NCBI RefSeq assembly: GCF_037042905.1
Contig: NC_087252.1
Coordinates: 23,498,001-23,562,000 of the forward strand
From: Lytechinus pictus
Taxonomy: Eukaryota
Direction of reading: 5' to 3'
Length of the DNA: 64,000 nt
Positions 53,834-64,000 of this stretch are shown here, piece after piece; the stretch's first letter is position 1; each line of letters begins with the position of its first letter. Both the position numbers and the translations under genes were made by a program. The notes below the pieces were generated by a model. It saw only the letters and a program-made list of their open reading frames with translations, did no database searches and was not told where the DNA came from.

Positions 53834-54299
53834 TATTCTTTCTTTGCCCTTCTATTGTAGTTTTATTATGATATTTCCTATTTTGGTCCCTCAGCTCTAC
53901 TGTGTGATACTTTATGTTGCATTTTTAAATTGTCTTCGGTCATCTCCATCAGCTTACATACCTGTTATGTTTTGCTATGCATAAACATTGAAACTAAGTT
54001 TCAGGGCTTGCCTCTCATACAGGCATACAGCTTTTCTTGGATTTCTGTGTTTTCGGTACTTTTTTGGACAAGGCAGTTCGATCTATTGAGCAAAGTTCAA
54101 ATTTTGTTCTCTTTTCTATTTTGTTATCAATTTTCATGATTGACATGCTTTTTGATATATTTTACTATGTACATAAAAATCAATAAAACAGTACAAAATA
54201 TTTATCATGACAACTTTCAATGCATCTCTGCGTAGTACTTTTGATAACAAGTCATTTACATCAATAACGCAATATCATTACTTTTATCGAATTTAGTAC

Positions 54300-57154
54300 T
54301 TGTTTGTTTGTTTGTTTTATTTTATTTCTGCGTTCACAATACATTATCAAAAATTATTTACATTGTTTGCAATATATAAAACAATCCATAATGTTTACAA
54401 CATAAACATAACAATTAGAAAAAAAAAATGGTTTGGGTATATACTTCACATTACATAAAATAGAAAAAAACGATTTGGGCATATACTTCACATTAGGATG
54501 ATAATAAAAAGCAGCATAAACAAATGAACGCAGGAGACCGCCATCGTGAGCGGTTAAGCTTGTAGTTGATGGCGGCCTCATAAAAAGGGTTCGTGACTAA
54601 GATCGGTAATTGCTGAACAAGTGGGTGCGATGCAGGTGCAGGTGCGGGTGCTGTAAATAGCAGTATAATTATTGTTATTATTTTTAATTTATAGTTTTTG
54701 GTTGTTAATGATAATCAATTTGAAGTGTCGGATGAATAAGATTGAATTATATTTTTTTTAAGAGTTGATTTTAATGAGTATAAAGTAGAACAAGATTTAA
54801 TATTGTTTGCAAGATTATTCTAAATGTCTGGACCATGATGTCGAATTGATTTAGAGGTAATTAACAGTCTGGGGTTTGTGAGATGAAAGTTTCCAGATGT
54901 ACGAGTTGGGTAGGTATGGACAGAACTATTGAACTTAAACATGTCATCAAAAGACGATGGGAGTAGATTATTGATATACTTAAACATAATGATAGCTACT
55001 TGAAGAGTGTACAAGTCGGCAACTTTCAGTGTTTTCTGTTTGAAAAATAAAGGGTCAGTGTGAGCCAGGTAATGCGACCCTGTACAAATGCGAATAATTC
55101 TCTTTTGTAATCTAAAAATAGAAGTCAGCTTTGTAGAGCCACAATTAGCCCACACAACGTTACAATAGGTTATGTACGGGAGTACTAATGAATTATACAA
55201 TAGGAATAAAGTTTTAAGAGGCAAGATAAATTTTAACTTAGAAATAATTCCAATGCTTCTTGAAATACACATTGTAATATGGTGCAGATGCTCATTCCAA
55301 GATAAAGCTTCATCTATGATGACCCCTAAAAATCTAGAGTGCGTTTTACGTTTTAATGACTTGCCGTCAATCTGTAAGTGAATTTGAGTGTTAGAATTAT
55401 GAGAATGATGTTGAAAATATATGTAATGAGTTTTTTGTGTGTTCAGAGATAATTTGTTAGCTTTGAACCACTGTGATACTTTATTTATTTCATGATTTAA
55501 AATATTGTATAAGGAAGTGAGATTTTTATGAGAAAAAAAAATATTTGTGTCGTCAGCGAATAATACAAAAGATAAAATGGATGATGTATTAATAATGTCA
55601 TTTACATATATCAAAAATAATAGTGGGCCTAAGATGGAGCCTTGAGGGACACCACAATGAACTAAAAGTGAATCAGAGTCGTGACCATTAAATGAGACGT
55701 ATTGTTTTCGATTTCTTAAGTAATCTTTAAACCAAAGAAGGGATTGACCCCGTACGCCATAATAGTTGAGTTTTGAGAGTATAATGTCGTGATTAAGTGT
55801 ATCGAATGCCTTACTAAGGTCACAAAATATCCCAATGACATGTTCTTTGTTAGCAATGGCGTTTGTAATTTTGTCATAGATTTGAATTAATGCCAAGTTT
55901 GTTGAGTAATTCTTCCTAAAGCCATATTGATTAGAATTTAGCAGATTGTGTTTGATAATGAATTTATAAAGTCTATTATATACTATTTTTTCTAAGATTT
56001 TTGGTATAGTTGGGAGAAGAGAAATGGGGCGATAATTACTAATTTCATGGGGATTGTCTTTTTTGAAAATTGGATTGACTTTGGCAATTTTGAATAAGTC
56101 GGGAAAAACTCCTTGTGATAATGATTTATTAAAAATGTTACTAAGAGGATTAGCAAGTGGGTGGATTATTTCTTTTAAAAGAGACATACTAATTATATCA
56201 TGTCCATGTGATTTTGAACTGTTAAGAGACCGTGTAATGTTGATAATTTCAGTGGGGTCCGTAGGGTTAAGAAATATAGAGTGTGGATTTGATTCGTGGA
56301 GATAGTCGGTGAACCGCGCATTAGGGCTATTAATTTTATTAAATATAAGTATGTTGGTTAAATGTTTTGATGTAAGGTAGTTTTAACTCACAGGTTAGAA
56401 AAATTGGTAAGTGGTCTGAAACTTCAGAGCATAGAATTCCACCTATCATTTTGTTGTTCATGTTATGTACGTTGGAAAAAATGTTGTCAATTTTAGTTGA
56501 TGAATTTGGGCTGATTCTAGTGGAATTATTTATAAATGAATGGAAGCCAAATGAGTACATTAGTTTTATGAAATTGTTTGATTTATTATTGTCGACTGAG
56601 GGTAGGAAATTGATATTAAAATCACCAAAAATAAAACAATTTTTATTTTCATTACTTATTATATGGAGATATTGCTCTGTTTCCTCATAAAAAGAATCAA
56701 AATTAGAACCTGGTGGTCGATAGATTAGACCTATGACGACATTTTTAAATTCTGTGTTTTCAATTTCAATAAACAAAGACTCAGCATTTAAGAGTTTCAC
56801 ATCGGAACGGATCTTAAATGTTAGTTTTTCGGCTATATAGAATGCTACCCCTCCACCTCTTTTTCCTTTGCGGTCTGCCCTAATCAGTTTATAATCTGGT
56901 AAATTAAACAAATCTGGTGAATTTTCATGTAGCCATGTCTCGCTAATACCAATAACAGAAAAGTTGAAATTGTTTAACGTGTGCAAGAGATTTTCAAAAT
57001 ATTCAAAGTTTCTATTCAGACTTCTTAAATTTGCGTGTAAAAGAGAAATATCATGATTACTACTAAATATGTTGTTAAATTCTTGAGGTGTGTAATATTT
57101 ACTGTTGTGTGAATTTTCTATTAAATGCTCAGGAATAAAGGAGAGTGAATTCAT
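54300..57154 (-). mobile_element. Decayed, 5'-truncated CR1/L2-group (Crack-like) LINE
   Basis: APE ORF 56339-57154 (NLRS, ISETW, GDFN, SDH) and RT ORF 54820-56187 (YRPIS, DLSKAFD, GVPQGSILGP, FADD); 3' stem-loop 54533-54579; AATAAA + (AAAC)n tail near 54300. Confidence 0.92.
54715..57154 (-). pseudogene. LINE ORF2 pseudogene (internal deletion/frameshift near 56339; premature TAG at 54820)
   Basis: EN-RT linker is very short and out of frame; GPDI*NNL where W is expected. Confidence 0.85.
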
Positions 57155-57544
57155 CCAAATTGATGAAATGTAAAGTACCAGAGATTATGTAAGGGGATAT
57201 ACTGCGATCGTGCTTGTGGTGAGGGTGCATGTGTGTGTAACTGTGGTGCTGATGTGCAGTTAATATAAATGAAAAATATGTCTACAAAAATAACAAGACC
57301 CATCTTGGTCAGCATATACAATATAGGATGCAGAACGGCAGAGCTCAACCACCTAAGTACATAGATACATGAGTTGAGATCATTACACATAAATAATAAA
57401 CGATCATAATACAAATGAATTAAAAGCAAACCCAGAAATATGCTTACGGATTTGTATTGATAGTCAAAGATCTAGTATGTATTAATTGGCATGATAAAAT
57501 CACTCCCATTAATTCCATGTATTAACACAGAAGGCGTAAAGTTT

Positions 57545-59282
57545 GAATAGCCACGCCCTCCCTGATCAGATAGGTGAATGTGTGTGTGCTAGTTTAATAT
57601 TTATGGATAATTATGCGTATGGGCCTGTCTTGTATTGGGAAATAATGAAGTTTGTTTCGAAGCGCTTATCTATCTGCCTTGAAGTACACGATCAGTCGCG
57701 CGTTTTGAAAGGTACGTCAAATCATGCATGAAATAGCCACACCTCCTCTGATCAGGGAGCGCTGTATACATGATGTGTGTATAGGCACACATATTGAATT
57801 TAGCAAATTGGACAAATCAATATAATTGGTCACATACAATGTGAAATCAACCCGTCTATCCCCTATTGAATATTCAAGTCTCGTGTCACAATAAAGATTG
57901 ATCATGCATGTATAACACTGCCCTCTCTGACCAGATACTTGGGTACATGCGTGTTTTCATATTAGGACTCATTTGCAAAATAAGAATTTTGTAAGCTCAC
58001 ATCAATCATATCAGTTATGAATGAAATAACCTGAATGCCGGGCGTAGGAGTACTAGTATATAGGTATACGTTGATCATGCATGGAATAACCACGCCCCTT
58101 AGATCAGACACTATACGTGCATGGTCTATGCCGGCGAACAAGACGTAATTGACATGTTTAACATGCACATCATGTAATTGGTATGCATATTGTAAGTTCA
58201 ACCCAATACATAAAGAGGGGGGGGGGGGGGTCATCAAAATCTTCGGGATGGCTGTTACAGTGATTTACAAGATAATAAAACGATACAGAATATATTTTAC
58301 AATAGAGTGGTTTCCTAATAACTGAAAGCATTCCGAAGTGTAATCAACATGTTCGTTGCAAATTGAGAATTCAAACCATGCCTGCTAAAATAAAGAGTTC
58401 GTTACTAAGCATTATCTGCCAACATAAAAATGTCATTGTAATTCCAAGGATTAGAATATCCCACACTCTCTGATCAGATAATAAGACTTAAAGAGTACAT
58501 CATATAGGCCAATGCAGGTATACAAAGTAAAAAGATCACTAAACATACAAAGAAAATTTGGGGATAAAGAGGTTTCCTAATGACATTCCGCATTATATTC
58601 AACACATAATAGATCAATGCGAGTCGTGTGAAGGAGACTATTCCTGCCTTTCCTAGCGAACATTTGTGTACGACGTACACGCATGTATAGCCACACCTTT
58701 ACTGCTCACTTACAAAACGTTATGGCGCATGCGTGTTTTCAATTCAAGTGTTTGTAGCAAAGCTCGTACATAATAAACCATTAAACAGAAATTTGGCGGT
58801 GATAAGCCACACCCCAATCTGATCAGACAGTGGTGTAAAACAGGCACGCGTAAGTTCATGCATGACCAACGATATTAACACAACAATCACAGATCGACAA
58901 ATTGTCGATCCATGATTGTTGCGTCAATAGGGGTTTTACATTTCAAACGAACCGTTTAAAATACTTGTGTTCATTATAGTCTCATTCATTGCTCGATCAA
59001 GCAAATGGTATTACATTTCAAGCGAATTTGTTAAAATACTCGAGATGGAGAACAATTAATAATGCAGTTACCAGAAGAAAACCTTTGGTCTGCAGTACTA
59101 AGGTTTGCAAAAATTCTGGGGGTACTTAAATGATACAAATACCCTGACAAATTGGAAATAATTAGTAATCAATTAAGTGATATTATTCAGCATTGAGAAT
59201 TTTAACCAGATTGTATTGTGAGTCGCCTACACGCATGCGTAGCCACACCCTCACTGACGAGATGTTATTGCGCATGCGTATA
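57545..59282. repeat. Array of ~8 copies of a conserved motif (CATGCATG-n3-TARCCACRCCC-n3-CTGATCAGA) separated by non-repetitive spacers
   Basis: Motif cores near 57548, 57733, 57912, 58087, 58459, 58687, 58803 and 59240. Confidence 0.7.
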
Positions 59283-59319
59283 ACAATTACAGAGTTTGAG
59301 GCAATACTCGTACCTAATA

Positions 59320-59789
59320 GGGCACACATGAGTATTACAGACCCCCATTCACTCACGTGTTATATCATAGCTCATCAAAAAATCATTAAAAATCAATCCC
59401 TCGATAGATTTTGCTTTAATTCACTGACATTAGTCACAATTAATAGTACATTAAGACTTGATATGTTAATCAGGTACTTGCCCAGCTCAATCAAAAGTTA
59501 AATGGCCTGAAATAAGACTAACCATAATTTCGGCCAGTTCATTGCCAGAAAAAACAGAACTGCATTGTGGGTAATAATAATTAAAATGAAATACAAAAAT
59601 GCAGTCTAGCCTCCCCAAACGCCTTAATTATGAAAGAGTATGAACATAGCATTATCTCTATCGTTCTTCTTTTGATATACAAACATTTGATCTATTTTTA
59701 ATGAATTATTTTAATCAATAAAGTCATGTGATCTTTACTTACGCCTGTCCGACATGCTTTGCGCGCAGATGAATTACTCTCATGTGCCC
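59320..59789. mobile_element. 470-bp MITE-like element, copy 1
   Basis: Imperfect TIR GGGCACA..GAGTA / TACTC..TGTGCCC; nearly identical to 60788-61256 but with unrelated flanks. Confidence 0.7.
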
Positions 59790-60787
59790 TATACTGAGGG
59801 TCAAATGACAAAAAGTTGAAAATAATGGTCTCAAAAGAAAGAGTGGGTTCTCCTGCATTCAATACCTAATCTGACTAAACGTGTTAAAAGAAAAGAAAAC
59901 GTCTCATTAGACGCCCCTGATTTTAATGTAAAAATACAGTGTTCCATTCATATATTTTATGCGCTTCCTATAGGCTATGGTATTGCAGCTACAAGTTCTA
60001 CTTGTTTGATGTCAATCAATGGGCTAAAATATATATTGTGTGGAGTTACAACTTCTTGTTAGCATGTTTAAATGTTTAATTTTGTTCGAAGTGATTTATT
60101 ACCTTTTTTATTCGCATACAAATAAACAAAGTAAATAAAAGAAAATTGATAACAAACAAAGAGTGTAAGCAATTCTTGTGCTCATATCGCCTCTCTTCCT
60201 CATTATAACTCACAAGTTGGGGGGGGGGGGTGCTATAGATATATACCATCAACCCCGCCTTGCGTACAAGCTAGGAGGATGGGGGTATGTACCCCGACTC
60301 AGCTCGCCCCCCCCCCCGCGTAGCTTTCAACGAAGTGAATAGTATTCAAGTGCGCAATCTATGATGTATAACATCTGACCATGCTGACTGAGACAAGTTT
60401 ATGTATTTTAATGTTTTGTTCATCTTTCTTTCTCGGCGTGCTCTAAATATTGAAAATAGGAATCCTTGATGATAATTAGAAGTTATGTATCATTTTGAAA
60501 TCCCTACTTATTTCATTTCACACTCTCAACAGATCTGATCTCCTATTGGCAGTAGAAACTCGCATTTCTGCATGATAAATGATAATAGACATTGAATATA
60601 CATTTGAAAGCGTCATTTCAGCATCGTAAGCGATAAATGCACCGAATGCCGAGTTATATACTTATCAACTGCTGTTAAACATAACCTATCACTTTGTATA
60701 AAACTGTTTGAAGCATTCTCACCACTGATTTCTAGCAGACGACGCCCAGCCATAGCAACGACAGTGTAGAAGTGTAGTCGCGCTATA

Positions 60788-61256
60788 GGGCACACATGAG
60801 TATTACAGACCCCCATTCACTCACGTGTTATATCATAGCTCATCAAAAAATCATTAAAATCAATCCCTCGATAGATTTTGCTTTAATTCACTGACATTAG
60901 TCACAATTAATAGTACATTAAGACTTGATATGTTAATCAGGTACTTGCCCAGCTCAATCAAAAGTTAAATGGCCTGAAATAAGACTAACCATAATTTCGG
61001 CCAGTTCATTGCCAGAAAAAACAGAACTGCATTGTGGGTAATAATAATTAAAATGAAATACAAAAATGCAGTCTAGCCTCCCCAAACGCCTTAATTATGA
61101 AAGAGTATGAACATAACATTATCTCTATCGTTCTTCTTTTGATATACAAACATTTGATCTATTTTTAATGAATTATTTTAATCAATAAAGTCATGTGATC
61201 TTTACTTACGCCTGTCCGACATGCTTTGCGCGCAGATGAATTACTCTCATGTGCCC
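60788..61256. mobile_element. 470-bp MITE-like element, copy 2
   Basis: Matches 59320-59789 with only ~2 visible differences. Confidence 0.7.
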
Positions 61257-61571
61257 AATACCAGGGAAGTGTTAAATAACACTTCCCTGGTTCATGCATG
61301 ACCAACGGTATTGGCACACAACAATCATAGATCGACAATAGGGGGTTTACATTTCAAACGAACCGTTTAAAATACTTGTGTTCATTACAGTCTCATTCAT
61401 TGCTCGATCAAGCAAATGGTATTACATTTCAAGCGAATTAGTAACAATAGTTGAGATGGAGAACAATAAATACTGCAATTACCATAAGAATACCTTTGGT
61501 ATGCAGTACTAAGGTTTGAAAAAATTCTGGGGGTACTTATCCAAATCAAATAATTATAACAAATTTGTATT

Positions 61572-62392
61572 TGAAGAGCTCACTTGCAAAAGGGGTTAGG
61601 TCCATTTTTCATCAAATTTGATTTTTTTTGTCTCAATGTATAGATTTTAGTAGCTCTATAAGATGATACCAAAGAAAAGTTGAAATTCCCATTACAAATT
61701 ATCTAAAATGGAAAAGAAAAATCCCTTTTTTTTCAAAAGGGGTTAGGTCCATTTCAGTTGTGTTGCAAAAGGGGTTAGGTCCACACATAATTTTTTTGGA
61801 AAAGAATATTTAAAAAAATATGAAGACAGGTAGATTTCTTTTATACCCAATTTTATGTTCTCATGGTAGGGTATCATGAAAATTTAGTTTCGCATAAGAA
61901 TATTGCAATATGGGAGAATAAAAAAATCATTTTGTTGGAGTGGACCTAACCCCTTTTGCAAACAAACTATTTTGAAGAGCTTAGTTGTCAAAAGGGGTTA
62001 GGTCCATTTTTCATAAATTTTTATTGTTTTCTGTCTCAACACCTCTAAATTTTTAGTCGTTCTGATGAAAACAAGGAAAATTTGAAATTCATGTGAAAAC
62101 CTGAATAGAAGTGACAAAGAATAATCACTTTTTTAATCAGAATAGATTGGATTCATTTCAGTTTACTTGCAAAAGGGGTTAGGTCCACAATGATAATGTT
62201 TAAAAGAATATATAAAGAAAAATTGAAGACAGGTAGATTTCTTTTATACCCAATTTTATGTTCACATGATAGGGTAGTACCTCATGACAATTTAGTTTCT
62301 CATGGGAATATTGCAGTACGTCAGAATAAAAAACATGGTTTTTCTCGGAATGGTAAAAAGTGGACCTAACCCCTTTTGTAACTACACTCTTC
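61572..62392. mobile_element. Tandem dimer of a ~400-bp MITE-like unit
   Basis: TGAAGAG...CAAAAGGGGTTAGGTCCA starts at 61572 and 61972; each unit ends with inverted TGGACCTAACCCCTTTTG; final CTCTTCA. Confidence 0.7.
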
Positions 62393-63011
62393 ATTTCATC
62401 AATTCAAATACAATACATAAATCATGAATTAATGAGTTTCCAAGAATTTCGTTAACATAATCAAATACATGTTAATAAACTTCAGATCAGATTATTTCAA
62501 TGAACTGCATTGACCCTATGAGACAATACATAAAATGCAAATAAAAACCTTGCAATCAGCTGCGTCAATTAAAATATGCACGCCCTTACACACACACACA
62601 CACACCCTCACACACCCCTACTCCCATAAACACAACGAATCAATAACATTTGATCTTACACACACAGACACATCCTCATCCGTGCATGTTCGCACACTCC
62701 TTCTCAACTACAAACGTCATATTAAACTCATCCTCGTGTTTATCTTTCTCTCATTCTATCTGTTTCTTTCCCTATGCTAGTAAGCAAATGAGCGAGATAT
62801 TCCTGCACAATCTCGTGAATTGTAAGACTTTCTATCTAAGAATTTAACCACTTTTTACTCAAATAAAATTGATTATTCTTGTACCATAGGAAAGGGTAAA
62901 TGTTACTCCTTTATATTGGTCGTTTCTTTTTTATAAAATCATTTGATAAGTGATTTTCAGGTCCGAATAGATGCCTCAAATTAAATTTTCTTCCTCTGTA
63001 TGTTGCACCTT

Positions 63012-63276
63012 TTAGATGGGTCAGCACCCATCTTTTTCCATCAAGAGTAGCATAAAATCCAGAGTTCTGATTGGGTGAATAATGTTTTCAAAACAACAGA
63101 CGCGGGTAATTCGAAGAGGTAACCACATTGCGAGTGTGACCTTGCAGATGCCCAGTGTGGAAACGTCGGAATTTGCGTGGGTGTGTGGTCTCTTTGACCA
63201 ATCAGAGTGAAGTATTCTTTCTTTATAAGCTGCTAAATGAACTTGGCCTATGAAAAGCTGACTGCTGACCCATCTA
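63012..63276. mobile_element. MITE with TAG...CTA termini
   Basis: TAGATGGGTCAGCA / TGCTGACCCATCTA. Confidence 0.65.
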
Positions 63277-63534
63277 AACACATCTTCTTATAAAACCTAT
63301 ATCATATTAAAGCTTAGATCTTCAGCTTTATCATAATTCTAAGATCATCTAGGCTCGCACAGAAATTGAGTACATAACAACAATTTTGGTTGCATGAAAA
63401 TAGTGCAAACACCCTCCGATCGTGAATATCACTCGGATAAAATTAGCTACTCTTTTTGAGGACCTGCCAACTGACTGCCTCTATCTAATCCTCCATTGAA
63501 AAACATAGTTCATAGTTCACAAAAATCCATTAAA

Positions 63535-63829
63535 TCATTCACCAAATAGTTCAGCAGCGAGATGGATTTGATCAGCCTTTTCTAGAGCAGTCTGCAAAGC
63601 TTCTAGCTCTGTATTCTCTGTTTGATTATTTCTCCACCTACGGAGCATTGAAAGAGTTCCCATGTACGACACTCCTGTCTCTCTCTTGTTCTCCTCAACG
63701 TAACGGCCAATATCCTCTGGTCCGAAGCCAAGGGCCATTCCCAGATCATCTATCTCTTTACGTGAGGCAACTTTATCTGCAACGGTTCCTAGGATGTCAT
63801 CAAAGTCCCTCTCTAGAGCTGGATTCATC
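63535..63829 (-). CDS. Death-domain-encoding terminal exon; gene probably extends right of the window
   Basis: Helical pattern ILGTVADKV..IDDLGMALGF..EDI..Y..GTLSMLRRW..LQTALEKADQIHLAAEL is typical of death domains; TCTAG acceptor at 63830. Confidence 0.8.
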
Positions 63830-64000
63830 CTAGATTATTGATTTGATAAATGATTACAGAGTGTGAATTCTCATAACTGTGCTGATTTCCTTTATTACGG
63901 CCTTTCAACTCCCAAATTATCTCCAATCATTTTTTTTTACTTTCTAAAAGTCAATTCCACCCATGAAAATATTGATGTGAATCAATAGAGAAAAATCGAA

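Noticed and set aside
57545-59282. CRISPR array
   Set aside because: Repeats are degenerate, spacers are ~140 bp and irregular, there are no cas genes and the context is eukaryotic; kept only as a motif array.

Overview
AT-rich, intron-containing, repeat-dense eukaryotic genomic DNA. The repeat families and gene content suggest a marine deuterostome, most likely a sea urchin (inference). Genes: (1) first coding exon of a BUD13 homolog (-); (2) a ~21-finger C2H2 zinc-finger gene (+) whose 10-nt first coding exon and putative promoter are present twice through a complex 1.74-kb tandem duplication; (3) a convergent 4-exon, 10-finger C2H2 gene (-, ~685 aa); (4) an uncharacterised 572-aa single-coding-exon gene (-); (5) a death-domain terminal exon (-) at the right edge. 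Mobile DNA: two APE-RT LINEs (one near full length, with an N-terminal signal-peptide-like segment and a 2A-like motif; one decayed), a tRNA-derived SINE, a Helentron-type (HINE-like) element, and many non-autonomous TIR elements (hAT-, Harbinger-, CMC- and TTAA-type), often nested. The most unexplained feature is an array at 57.5-59.3 kb of a conserved ~35-40-bp motif separated by non-repetitive ~140-bp spacers. No rRNA, genuine tRNA or CRISPR array was found. All gene models were read by eye from splice signals and reading-frame phase.
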